A stretch of DNA of 46,210 nt from positions 1 to 46,210 of IMG/VR virus record IMGVR_UViG_3300032118_000841; one strand, 5' to 3'. Below, piece by piece: positions 26,047 through 35,522 of this stretch. The stretch's first letter is position 1. Each line of letters begins with the position of its first letter. The notes under the pieces are model-generated. The model was given only the letters and a program-made list of their open reading frames with translations. It had not been told where the DNA came from and ran no database searches. Both the position numbers and the translations under genes were made by a program. This stretch comes from a virus. Its lineage: Duplodnaviria > Caudoviricetes.

Positions 26047-28959
26047 TTATCGTCTCCTAAATTTTGATGAAAGTTTTCCAGTTGAATCATATTTCATAAT
26101 CTGTGAATCTATTGCCATCGTAACTGCTGCTGCAATATCTTTTGGACTTGCATCGGTCTTTACTGGTATTGATATGGTGATATTTCCTATTGAAACTCCG
26201 CTACCACCATTTTTACCTTCTGGTGATACTGATTCACCTTTATGCAACATGTATATTCCAGTTGATGGAACATAATCAGTGCCTTCTGCATATCCCTTTA
26301 CTGCAAATCTACCCGTTTTTTGAAGGTCTTTCATCATATCATATGGTCCAGGAACATACCCACCATATGCATCTAGTGAACTCTGTCCGAATATATTTCT
26401 ATATTGTGCTGCTTGGAGTGGGTTATTTGCAATCTCACGTAATGTTTTGTCTTGCTCAGTCTCTTGTTTTGGTAATTTTGTTTCTTCAACTTTTAATGTT
26501 GCTTGTGTATCTTCTAATAATTTTTTCTGTTCTGCGAGGTTATCTTTTAAATTTTGTGTATCTTCATCTCTTGTGTCCATCAATATCCACAAATTGTGTC
26601 TTTCATTATCTATATATGCATTTAAGATGGCAGTTGCTTCATCATATGCCGTCTGTTTCGCTGAATTTGTTGCAGCATTGTGTTTTACATCTGCATTATA
26701 TTGATTTTCCATTTCTTGAATCCTTAATTGTGTATTTTCAATTTCAAGTTGTTTCATCATTTTCTTCTCTGTTCTTGTGTTTCCATGCCTTCTCATCATA
26801 CCGAGTAATTGTAATTTAAGCATTTCAATGTTGTTTCTAGCCATAGCAATAGCCAAATCATTGTTTGCCTTTTCTGCTGCTTCAGTTTCCTTCTTTGTAT
26901 CTTCCAGTGCAGAATTATATTCATAAATTGTTTTTAATACCGAATCCATGCTATTGTTATACTTATCGAATACGCCAGTAAATTCATTTATGTATTCTGC
27001 ACCATACTTTGCAGCCATTCCAGAATATTCTGAGAACTTTTCATTTTTTCCCTGTGCTTCTGAAACAGCAATTCCGTATTGAAGCATATTTTCATAACCT
27101 TTAAATGGAGTATTCAATATTGACTGTAAATCTTCTACCTTACTAGACAACATTATGATATTTGTTCTTGTATCCTCAATTGCTGAATCCATATCTTCAA
27201 ATGCTGATTTTACTTGGTCAACTGACGGTCTTAAATTTGATTGTGCTGTGGTAAGACTTTCCACTTCCGCAGTTGCCAAATTATTTGTGTTAGTTAATGA
27301 ATCCATCACAATATTTAATTCTTTAACTGTGGTTGATGTAGAAACATTTGCTATTCCTAGTGCGGTTAATTTAGTGTTTAATATGTCTAAATTCTTACCA
27401 GCCTTTAGGGTTGCTTCAGTTGTTACTGGCGTGTTTAATCCACGAGTAACTGTTTTGTCTTTTCCCGCTTCACTTCTTACTTGAAGTAACGCTGTTTCTG
27501 CTGCTGCAACATCAGTTAATTGCATATTATATTTTTCAAGGTCTGTCGCATTCTTTGAGTAATCTGTTATTGCCTTCCAAGGAACTGCCGTATTTGCAGA
27601 CATGCCAGATTGCAATTTTTCAAAAACTGTTTTTTCACCTTTTTCCATTGGAGTTACCAAATTATCTAGGTATGCCTGTCTAATTTTATAAACAGCATCA
27701 TCGAAACTTTTAACTGCCTGGTCTGCATCTCCACCAGACAATAAAGTTCCCCACCATAATTGTGATTTTTTCCACCAGATATCAACACCACTCCACGCTT
27801 CACCGATACTTCTTTCTACCTTTTGCATGGATTGTTCTAAGATATTAGCCATTTGTTGTTGTGTATTCATCATCGCTGCAAGAGCATCATCGGTTCTTCC
27901 AGTTGCAGTTGTTAACAAATCCATATCTTCTGTGAATCCTGCAAATCCAGTATCACCAGTTAATGCAAGTGCTACCCGCAAACTTCTCATGTTTCCAATT
28001 AATTTTGGTAAAATTTGCATACCATATTTTTCTGTTGCATCAGATAATTGTTTTAAAAAACCAGTTAATCCGCTTGTTCTTAATGCGGTTGCAGACATGT
28101 CAATTCCATATTTCTTTGCTGCATCTGCTGCTTCTTTTGTTGGGTCTGCAATTCCCTGCATTAAAAGACCAAGACCTCTAGTTACTGAATCAATATGTTG
28201 CCCTTGTCTTGTTGCAGCAGACATTGCAGCAGTTACTTCATCGATTGAGACACCAAGATTTGCTGCTATTGGTGTAACATAACCAAGTGAACCCTCTAAA
28301 TCTTTAAATGTAAAAACACCACGGATAACCGATTGAAATAATTTATCAGAAACTTCTCCCGCATGTGCTGCGGATAAACCGTATGCATTCAAAACACCCG
28401 TTAATGTTTTAACCGCACTCTCGGTTGTGGTAACTCCCGCTATTGCCGCCTTTGTTGCTACTTCCAATAATCCTATTGCGTCATTAACGTCAAATGCTGC
28501 GGATACTATATCATATAATCCTTTTGTCATATCACCAACAGATTTTCCAAATCTAACTGATAATTGTGTGATACCAACTTCTAACGATGGTAATGTATCA
28601 CGAGTCGTTGAATCCAGAATTGAACTAACTTCTGACATTTGCATTTCAAATGAACGGAATGACTGAACACTCTCATCAATGAATTGTCTTAATTCTTGAT
28701 ATGCCTGTGAACCCATACTAATTATGGCATTTAATCCTATGAATCTCATCATGGTGCTATTTAAGGCAGTTCCTAGTTTACTTGTTGATGTCGCTGCTGC
28801 ATATTGTGTTGTTTTCATTGTTGTCCAAACACCATCGGCATTTTGTGTTTGACTTGTCATTGTTCTAACTTTACCAGTGTAACTTTCTACTTGTCTTGAC
28901 ATTTCTGCCATACCAGTTTGAGAATATTTTACTGTTACACTTTTAACTACATCTGCCAT
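26047..28959 (-). CDS. Tail tape measure protein (TP901-like core)
   Basis: 970 aa, helical; GLYDIVSA...AATRQG core; YAEGT.YVP.TG.Y.LH.GE.V.P motif; GGTGA RBS before ATG 28959. Confidence 0.92.
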   Translation of the reverse strand: MADVVKSVTVKYSQTGMAEMSRQVESYTGKVRTMTSQTQNADGVWTTMKTTQYAAATSTSKLGTALNSTMMRFIGLNAIISMGSQAYQELRQFIDESVQSFRSFEMQMSEVSSILDSTTRDTLPSLEVGITQLSVRFGKSVGDMTKGLYDIVSAAFDVNDAIGLLEVATKAAIAGVTTTESAVKTLTGVLNAYGLSAAHAGEVSDKLFQSVIRGVFTFKDLEGSLGYVTPIAANLGVSIDEVTAAMSAATRQGQHIDSVTRGLGLLMQGIADPTKEAADAAKKYGIDMSATALRTSGLTGFLKQLSDATEKYGMQILPKLIGNMRSLRVALALTGDTGFAGFTEDMDLLTTATGRTDDALAAMMNTQQQMANILEQSMQKVERSIGEAWSGVDIWWKKSQLWWGTLLSGGDADQAVKSFDDAVYKIRQAYLDNLVTPMEKGEKTVFEKLQSGMSANTAVPWKAITDYSKNATDLEKYNMQLTDVAAAETALLQVRSEAGKDKTVTRGLNTPVTTEATLKAGKNLDILNTKLTALGIANVSTSTTVKELNIVMDSLTNTNNLATAEVESLTTAQSNLRPSVDQVKSAFEDMDSAIEDTRTNIIMLSSKVEDLQSILNTPFKGYENMLQYGIAVSEAQGKNEKFSEYSGMAAKYGAEYINEFTGVFDKYNNSMDSVLKTIYEYNSALEDTKKETEAAEKANNDLAIAMARNNIEMLKLQLLGMMRRHGNTRTEKKMMKQLEIENTQLRIQEMENQYNADVKHNAATNSAKQTAYDEATAILNAYIDNERHNLWILMDTRDEDTQNLKDNLAEQKKLLEDTQATLKVEETKLPKQETEQDKTLREIANNPLQAAQYRNIFGQSSLDAYGGYVPGPYDMMKDLQKTGRFAVKGYAEGTDYVPSTGIYMLHKGESVSPEGKNGGSGVSIGNITISIPVKTDASPKDIAAAVTMAIDSQIMKYDSTGKLSSKFRRR

Positions 28960-28963
28960 TAAA

Positions 28964-29523
28964 TCACCCTTTTTGTGCAATTTTATCTGCAATCATCTTT
29001 TTTTGTTGTGTTGATAATTTTTTCATTCTCTGATTTGACGGTTTATTTTCATATATCATTTGATTTATGACACCTTTGAAATCTCTAAATGACATATTTA
29101 ATATATCAGACATATTACCAACCGTTAAATATACCTTATATCGCCATTCTATTAAATTTTTTAATTGTTCTTCAATTGTTAAATCTGGGGGTTCTATGCC
29201 CCTTTCTGAAAATCCTGATTGTTCACTTCTATTCCAGATTTACCTGAATTGAATACAGCATACCAAAGGTCTATGAAATCATCTGGGTGCATAGATTTTA
29301 AATCATTTTCTGTAACTTTTAAATCTACATCATGCATTGATAATAGAATCATTTGTAATCTATACATTTTGTCATAATCTTTTTGTTTAATTACGTTAAG
29401 TCTTAGTTTTTCATCTAATGGTATCATCATTTCCAAAAGTAGTTCATGTTTTGCCACAGTCCACAACGGCATTTCGAAGGACTTTCCTTCATTCACAAAT
29501 TTTAAACTATATTGTTTAGACAT
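28964..29523 (-). CDS. Tail assembly chaperone, long (-1 frameshift) form, about 186 aa
   Basis: G GAT TTT at 29215-29209; -1 frame open to TGA at 28964 with no RBS of its own. Confidence 0.75.
29194..29523 (-). CDS. Tail assembly chaperone, short form
   Basis: Between tail tube and tape measure genes; GAGGT RBS. Confidence 0.8.
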   Translation of the reverse strand: MSKQYSLKFVNEGKSFEMPLWTVAKHELLLEMMIPLDEKLRLNVIKQKDYDKMYRLQMILLSMHDVDLKVTENDLKSMHPDDFIDLWYAVFNSGKSGIEVNNQDFQKGA

Positions 29524-29535
29524 GGTTTACCTCAG

Positions 29536-29588
29536 ACCCCCCTGCGGGAATTGAACCCACACCTTTTTATCGGTCCATCACGGAGGGA
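29536..29588 (-). ncRNA. tRNA-like mini-element 1 (acceptor-like stem plus T-arm, no anticodon arm)
   Basis: CCCTCC-GTGATGG-ACC(GATAAAAA)GGT-GTGGG(TTCAATT)CCCGC-A-GGGGGG-T. Confidence 0.55.
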
Positions 29589-29589
29589 T

Positions 29590-29617
29590 AAAGAATAAAG
29601 AAAGGGATTTCTCCCTT
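29590..29617 (-). terminator. Hairpin (GAAA loop) plus U-rich terminator after the tail tube gene
   Basis: AAGGGA-GAAA-TCCCTT-TCTTTATTCTTT. Confidence 0.75.
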
Positions 29618-30509
29618 ACACTGTTGCGTATGATATGGTCTTTCCAGTGAACGGTGCGTTCTCTTTCATTATATCACCAGATATATTCACATCAATTTCA
29701 CTGTTTTTCCATTTACAGTCATTGAGTGTTATTTCTGGACATCCCGCACCACCGAGAGCAATCACTATATCCAAATCATACTGATTCAGCACATCAGAAA
29801 AGTGTTTTCCACCGCCCTCATTTAGTGATATGTCACAAGAACCTGAGATATTTAATTCACCTGCAAATGCATATTGTTTATCAAGTGAATCATGGTCAAA
29901 ATAACTCTTTGTTCCATTATCAATTGTGAAATCAATTGAATTTGTGATATACGCCAAATCGTTACCATTCGCTTTAATTGAACCTGCAACATTAAATGCA
30001 CAGATATCACCCGCTAATGGAGATGGCATTGCACCAGTTGGAGTTGAATCGGTAACTACACTTTTTACATCGAAATCCATAACATATATATATTCATTAT
30101 TGATACTCGATGAAACTTTACATGATTTATTTACCGAACCTTTTATCCAATAAGCAGTTGCATCTTTTCCAGTTGGACTTGTGCATGAATTTGTCGTTAG
30201 ATAAAATGCTACCGATGTTAATGCACAAGTTGCACCATCACGAATAACTGCATCTTCAAATAGTGTATCTCCGCATTGTGGAATATACTCTAAATGAAAT
30301 GAGAAGTCATCACATTGTTCAAGTAGATAACATATTTCTGGTGCATCTATTCCACGTAGTCCTTTGTGTTTGTCTCCAACACTCACTTTAGCGTCAAGAA
30401 CCTTAATAGAAATTGGTAATCCCGCATGAGTGGGAACTGAACCAACACCATATGAAGATTCTACATAATAACGTATTTCACCCTGAAAGGGTAGTCCTAA
30501 ACTCGTCAT
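29616..30509 (-). CDS. Major tail (tube) protein
   Basis: ES.YG N-terminus, SIDFTIDN, ISGSCDI; position; GGAGG RBS and terminator. Confidence 0.8.
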   Translation of the reverse strand: MTSLGLPFQGEIRYYVESSYGVGSVPTHAGLPISIKVLDAKVSVGDKHKGLRGIDAPEICYLLEQCDDFSFHLEYIPQCGDTLFEDAVIRDGATCALTSVAFYLTTNSCTSPTGKDATAYWIKGSVNKSCKVSSSINNEYIYVMDFDVKSVVTDSTPTGAMPSPLAGDICAFNVAGSIKANGNDLAYITNSIDFTIDNGTKSYFDHDSLDKQYAFAGELNISGSCDISLNEGGGKHFSDVLNQYDLDIVIALGGAGCPEITLNDCKWKNSEIDVNISGDIMKENAPFTGKTISYATV

Positions 30510-30535
30510 TGTTTTTCCTCCTTATTTTAATCCGA

Positions 30536-31003
30536 TTATGAAGCACCGTATGTTATTGTCCAAGTAATTTTAAGTGTATCAGCAGCACCTTTGACGATAC
30601 CCGCAAAGACTGAACGACATAGCATTGTTCCCGCAGCAACATCATTAAAAATACCTGCTTCTTTTAAAGTTGCGGTGGCATCACCTGCTGCCCAATCTCC
30701 AATGTATATGACATCGTTATCATCACCACCACCACCTTGAGTTCTACTTGTTAGTGCATTTCTATCTACTTCTGCACCTAAAGTTGTTTGTGCTGAATTG
30801 TCGTTTGCGTCAGTTGTTCCAACCGCCATATATCCCATTGAAACCTCACTCGTTCCTGTCATTTTTTTAGCGATGTGGGCATCTCCAACTGCCATGATGG
30901 TATTGTGAACTAATCGTTCATCTTTCAATTGACCATCAGGACCGAAAACTTCAATATGTAGTTTTCCTATTGCTACAATTTTTTCTTTATTAAATTCTTC
31001 CAT
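30536..31003 (-). CDS. Virion structural protein (tail-collar/fibre-anchor-like domain)
   Basis: NTI...G...YMAVGT...TTL..E..R...EAGIFN...GTML...K...DTL.ITW. Confidence 0.65.
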   Translation of the reverse strand: MEEFNKEKIVAIGKLHIEVFGPDGQLKDERLVHNTIMAVGDAHIAKKMTGTSEVSMGYMAVGTTDANDNSAQTTLGAEVDRNALTSRTQGGGGDDNDVIYIGDWAAGDATATLKEAGIFNDVAAGTMLCRSVFAGIVKGAADTLKITWTITYGAS

Positions 31004-31035
31004 TTATTTTTCCTCCTTCAATTTCTTTTTTTATT

Positions 31036-31530
31036 CTAAGGTCTGTCATACCAAAGCACGTAGACTTCCATTATTCTATGGTATACAACTTGCCTTGCAT
31101 AGTTTTCTGTAAGAACACGACCAGTGTTTGTAACATTTATAAAGTGTGTTCCCGTTACAGTTCCACATTGATTTATTCTAATTATATCACATAATTTGTC
31201 TGATATTAATTTACCAAATTTATTTTGTGCTATATCATCACTCTTTTGCCAATAAATATTAACATCTATTACCGCCTCATGTTTTCTTGTTGAAGCACGA
31301 ATATCCTGTGGTGCTGCACTCTCATGTAACAACCCCAATTCTACAAATGGAAGTGGGGGTAATATATCCGATTTTGATTCTTCAGTTAAATAAATTGGTA
31401 TCTGGTAAACATTTCCATTAGCATCAGTTATTGTAATTATTCTCTGGTCTGTTCCAGTTTGAAATAAATCCGCAGCAGTTGTTATAATTGTGCGTAATAC
31501 TTCTCGTGGGTCAAAACTTGAAAACGTCAT
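31036..31530 (-). CDS. Tail terminator-like protein
   Basis: Position; LPFV, IDVNIYW and HR.MEV strands. Confidence 0.55.
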   Translation of the reverse strand: MTFSSFDPREVLRTIITTAADLFQTGTDQRIITITDANGNVYQIPIYLTEESKSDILPPLPFVELGLLHESAAPQDIRASTRKHEAVIDVNIYWQKSDDIAQNKFGKLISDKLCDIIRINQCGTVTGTHFINVTNTGRVLTENYARQVVYHRIMEVYVLWYDRP

Positions 31531-32468
31531 TTGCCACTTCCAATCATTGGGAATCCAATTTGTTCTATTAAATCTTCATATCGTTTTAGGAATCTTTGAC
31601 TTTCATTTGCACGATTAGATTGTAAATCAGCAAGAGTTGCTTTATCTAAACTCTTAAATGCAATCAGTGCTTTATGTGCAGCGAGGTAAGCAACTGCCTC
31701 ACGCATGAGGTCTTGATTATATGTTGGTGATTCTGCATAATATGTTATTTTTAATGCTTTTGTATCAGACGGTAGTGGGTTTCCAGATAAATCTGTAAGT
31801 GCAACTATTCCTGATTTTGCGTCTATTACTCGTATGATTCCTCCATACATATCACCAATTGAATCATTATAATAGAAGTCTAAATCTGATTCATGTATTG
31901 TTGCATCATCATTACCTGTAACTATCTCGTCACCGCCAACATCAGATATTGGATAATTTCTTACCTGGAAATGAGTATTTACACCATCTAAATATAAACC
32001 AGATGTTGGGTCTGATAGTGGTGTTTCATTTGTATATAGTTCATATATTTCCCTAAGTGTTTCTTCATATGCATTCCATGCAATTAGTGATAATTTATAA
32101 TCGGACATATCACTCTGTTGAAATGCACCAGATAATTCACGAATGCGAGAAACAACATCCCAAGGAAATACAACGAAATTGAAATAAGTTCGTGAATCTG
32201 CCGTATATGTATCAATCTTTATCTTAAATATACCATAACAAGTATCAGTTGGAATTGAATAATCATAATAATAAACACCAGTTGCGGAAGTTGGCATTGA
32301 CGCATTTGTAACCAATGCTTTTTCGTGAGGACACGTAATTGAAATTGACACGGAACTTGGGTCATCGAGAACACCGACTTTATTTTTTATATATATTTCT
32401 GTATATACATTATCCCCAAGTGAATATATTCCGTATTCTTTCGGTTGAGTTACTGAATAATTCTTCAT
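31527..32468 (-). CDS. Head-tail adaptor-like protein with N-terminal Ig-like domain
   Basis: DP...I..P...TGVYYYDY...G.F.I Ig pattern; C-terminal EAVAYLAAH helix. Confidence 0.6.
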   Translation of the reverse strand: MKNYSVTQPKEYGIYSLGDNVYTEIYIKNKVGVLDDPSSVSISITCPHEKALVTNASMPTSATGVYYYDYSIPTDTCYGIFKIKIDTYTADSRTYFNFVVFPWDVVSRIRELSGAFQQSDMSDYKLSLIAWNAYEETLREIYELYTNETPLSDPTSGLYLDGVNTHFQVRNYPISDVGGDEIVTGNDDATIHESDLDFYYNDSIGDMYGGIIRVIDAKSGIVALTDLSGNPLPSDTKALKITYYAESPTYNQDLMREAVAYLAAHKALIAFKSLDKATLADLQSNRANESQRFLKRYEDLIEQIGFPMIGSGK

Positions 32469-32469
32469 T

Positions 32470-32781
32470 TTAATCTCCCCACTCTATTTCATCGTGGCAA
32501 TTAGAACACACTAAAATACATTTATTTATTTCTTTTAATATTTTTTCTAATCCCATTGAATTTAATGATGTTACTGTGATATTAAATTTTTTTGTTTTTG
32601 GATTTACATGGTGAAAATCTAATGCCTTATAACATTTGTTATATCCACAAATTGAGCAACCGTTGATTTTTAATTGTTTCATTATTTCAGTATTTTTCAA
32701 CCTTGTATTTATTGAATATTGTTTTACTTTTTTTGGATTATTTTTAAACCAATTTTTTATGTATTCAGAGGTCATTTCCAT
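32470..32781 (-). CDS. HNH endonuclease (paralog of 17525-17857)
   Basis: CSICGYNKC..ALDFHH...EINKCILVCSNCH. Confidence 0.88.
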   Translation of the reverse strand: MEMTSEYIKNWFKNNPKKVKQYSINTRLKNTEIMKQLKINGCSICGYNKCYKALDFHHVNPKTKKFNITVTSLNSMGLEKILKEINKCILVCSNCHDEIEWGD

Positions 32782-33415
32782 ACTTCCACATGTAAATTAA
32801 TTTTGCAGCAAGAAATACTGGAAAATATATTCCCATTATTTCTTCATATGATTTGGTGACAAAGTTATATTCACCGTCACGAATTTGTAATATTCCAACA
32901 CCATATACTTTTATTCCAGTTTGTTCTTCAAAGGCATTTACGTATGCTGCCATTTGAATCCAATATTCATCATATATTCCTCGAGATGTTTTCCAATCTA
33001 ATATGTAAACTTTACCGTCAAATAGTCCAATGAAGTCGCAAGTTCCCGCATAATGATAGGTTTCACTCCACAGGTGTTGTTCTAATGCTTGTGTTTCTAT
33101 TTTGTGCAATCCGAGCCACTTTCCAAATACTGTCATACTATCCATTAAAAATGAATCATAATTATCGGAAAGTTTTTCACCCTTCAATGTGACTTCTATT
33201 AATTTGTGAACCGTTGAACCGAAGCCTGAACGTGTCTTTAATATTTCCTTTGCTTTGGTAGCCCCCGTTTTAGCATACCAAGCACGAAGCTCGGGCTTGT
33301 CGATAATGCTATTTATCCGTGTAACTCGTGCATACTTGATACCTTTTATCAAATAGTGGTTGTCCGTGCATATAAATTCTGAGGGCGTTTGAATATCCCA
33401 ATTTTTTTCTTGCAT
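32765..33415 (-). CDS. PD-(D/E)xK exonuclease (Cas4/RecB-like, no Fe-S cysteines)
   Basis: GSTVH, E, YAGTCD, ILDWKT, QMAAY. Confidence 0.85.
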   Translation of the reverse strand: MQEKNWDIQTPSEFICTDNHYLIKGIKYARVTRINSIIDKPELRAWYAKTGATKAKEILKTRSGFGSTVHKLIEVTLKGEKLSDNYDSFLMDSMTVFGKWLGLHKIETQALEQHLWSETYHYAGTCDFIGLFDGKVYILDWKTSRGIYDEYWIQMAAYVNAFEEQTGIKVYGVGILQIRDGEYNFVTKSYEEIMGIYFPVFLAAKLIYMWKYGNDL

Positions 33416-33418
33416 ATT

Positions 33419-33459
33419 TTCTTTCTCCGAGTTGAACGGATTTTATTCCCACGAAAGAA
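33419..33459 (-). ncRNA. tRNA-like mini-element 2 (weaker)
   Basis: TTCTTTC-GTGGGAATAAAA-TCCG(TTCAACT)CGGA-GAAAGAA. Confidence 0.35.
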
Positions 33460-33482
33460 TTAAAGAAGGGGTTCTTCCCCTT
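33453..33482 (-). terminator. Hairpin plus U-rich terminator
   Basis: AAGGGG-AAGAA-CCCCTT-CTTTAATTCTTT. Confidence 0.7.
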
Positions 33483-34251
33483 ATACTGCCTGATATTGTT
33501 CTTGGTATTCATCTTCATCGTCTATTACCGCAAGTTTACGGATTTTACCAGACGAATCAACGATGGTTATGTAACCAGTTATTAATTTAGTTCCACCTGT
33601 TGAATACTCACCGAATTTAACTAATCCGTGATATGATGGGTTTAGATAAATATTCCTATCGTATGCAGTTGGTGATGACATAGATGCCGCACTAATCACT
33701 GAATCCATTATACCTGGCGTTGGTGTGCTAACCCCAAAACAGAAATAATATCCGTCACCTGGGTCTACATTTACCGATGCATCGGATGTGAAAAACCTTA
33801 TTTCGTTATCGGCGTTGTCATCAGTTGCTAAACACATTCCATTGCCTGATTGCATCCAAATGTAAGGTTCGTATGTTTCATTGTTTGCCGCTATAGTGAG
33901 AATCATTTCTTTAAATTCTCCACCCGTCATTGTTGATTCGCCATATCCGCTATCTGTTACATTAGAAACATCAAATGTGAATGCCACATTTTCATAGCAT
34001 TCATCCCAAATATAAAATGAAGTTTCTGCATCTATTGGACAGTCAAAATTCCCGTATTCCATCATTATATACAGTAAGAAATACATATCTAGGTAGAACC
34101 ACATTTCCATGCTGATTCCGCCCTCATTGCAACACCAGAAGTTTGATGTATTGTCGAAATCCCACCACTCGCCAACATCTACACGCATGAAAAATGGAAT
34201 GTAGCCATCTGGAAAGTTGGGTGGTAGTTCGGGAAAGTCATCTCGTGCCAT
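33481..34251 (-). CDS. Putative head fibre/decoration protein, acidic and aromatic-rich
   Basis: Directly after the capsid gene; GGAGG RBS; C-terminal TGYITIVDSSGKIRKLAV fibre-type hairpin. Confidence 0.5.
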   Translation of the reverse strand: MARDDFPELPPNFPDGYIPFFMRVDVGEWWDFDNTSNFWCCNEGGISMEMWFYLDMYFLLYIMMEYGNFDCPIDAETSFYIWDECYENVAFTFDVSNVTDSGYGESTMTGGEFKEMILTIAANNETYEPYIWMQSGNGMCLATDDNADNEIRFFTSDASVNVDPGDGYYFCFGVSTPTPGIMDSVISAASMSSPTAYDRNIYLNPSYHGLVKFGEYSTGGTKLITGYITIVDSSGKIRKLAVIDDEDEYQEQYQAV

Positions 34252-34267
34252 ATTTGCCTCCTATTCT

Positions 34268-34297
34268 AAAGAATAAGAAAGAGGATTTAGTCCTCTT
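34268..34297 (-). terminator. Hairpin plus U-rich terminator after the capsid gene
   Basis: AAGAGGA-CTAAA-TCCTCTT-TCTTATTCTTT. Confidence 0.75.
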
Positions 34298-35522
34298 AAC
34301 ATGCGTCAGGTGTTCTGATTAACCGAATTGCACCAGTGTCGAGGTCATCGATACCAACATACATGTGGATTGCCACAGTTGTTGAATCACAATCGATGTT
34401 TCGTTCCTGTTCTAGTTTCGGTTTCATACCCCATCCTTCTCCAACTGCTCGACTTGAATCGAGAATTACTGCAACAGTTGAGTTGGTAACAGTTGAGCAG
34501 ACAGTTGCACAGTTGTATTCAATTACATCCATGCTTCCAATCTTGGAAAGTTCATTTCCATTGAATGAAACTTGGAATCCCTGTTGACTGTTTGCCTGTT
34601 GGTATTTAAAGTATGCAGCGAGTTGAGGTCCGAGAATGATTTTGTCAGGTCTGTAACCTGCGGCTCTCATGTTTGCTTCTTGTGTGATAATCAGATTGTA
34701 TAGTCCGATTGCTTGGAAGCAACATCCATCGAGACTTGGTCCAGAGCAACACTCTGAAAGGTGAACGTGTGCAGCACCAGAACCTATTAGTTGTGCCCAG
34801 ATTTCGGTATCGACCTGTTCAGCAAGAGCAGATGACATATCCTCAAGGATACCATCCTTTACTACATCTCCCGCAAGTTGTAAGTCGAGTTCACAGATTT
34901 CAGCGAGGTCACCGTATGAATCCAGGTGTAAACTCACTTTGGTAAATGCACTTGAGACACAAGACAGACACTCACATGGTCCGAGTGGTCCTTGCGCTGT
35001 GCGTTTGCTTCGAATACGGATAGATACGGTATCTCCCGCACCACGAGCAAAATCTACGCCACGAACTGTAACTTTACCCGCTAATTGCCCCTTGCAGTAA
35101 AATGCACTCCAAATCATACTGGCGAATGTTTCATTGGGTGTCCAAGATGAAACGTCATTGTCACAAGCGGCATCTGAATCAACGAAATCATATCCACCAG
35201 TAACCCACTCTGTGCTACCGTATTCGATGGGAACGTATTTGTGGTTCTTCAGATATTTGTTTCTGAACACACTGAGGTCGGATTTCGGTTTCTTGGTTGC
35301 ATTGCCTGTCGTGCTGATACCGATGTCTTGAGTTTTACCGATTGCTTCGATAATCTCCTGTTTCAGAGAATCACGTTCTTTCTTCGCAGCCATCTCTACT
35401 TTCACTCGGTCAATCTCTGCCTGTTCCTTCCGTAGACCATCGGCTTCTGCCTTCAATCTTTCTGCCTTTTGTTTTTGCAGGGCTTCTAACTCCGCCTCTG
35501 CGTTTTTCAATTCATCACTCAT
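34296..35522 (-). CDS. Major capsid protein (HK97 fold) with N-terminal coiled-coil scaffold
   Basis: Position after the protease; GDTVSI E-loop, ALAEQVD spine helix, PDKIILGP; followed by a terminator. Confidence 0.85.
   Translation of the reverse strand: MSDELKNAEAELEALQKQKAERLKAEADGLRKEQAEIDRVKVEMAAKKERDSLKQEIIEAIGKTQDIGISTTGNATKKPKSDLSVFRNKYLKNHKYVPIEYGSTEWVTGGYDFVDSDAACDNDVSSWTPNETFASMIWSAFYCKGQLAGKVTVRGVDFARGAGDTVSIRIRSKRTAQGPLGPCECLSCVSSAFTKVSLHLDSYGDLAEICELDLQLAGDVVKDGILEDMSSALAEQVDTEIWAQLIGSGAAHVHLSECCSGPSLDGCCFQAIGLYNLIITQEANMRAAGYRPDKIILGPQLAAYFKYQQANSQQGFQVSFNGNELSKIGSMDVIEYNCATVCSTVTNSTVAVILDSSRAVGEGWGMKPKLEQERNIDCDSTTVAIHMYVGIDDLDTGAIRLIRTPDAC

Noticed and set aside
29536-29588. 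Functional tRNA gene or attP site
   Set aside because: Too short, no anticodon arm, and no integrase in the genome; kept only as a tRNA-like element
32765-33415. True Cas4 / CRISPR adaptation gene
   Set aside because: Lacks the four Fe-S cysteines and has no cas context
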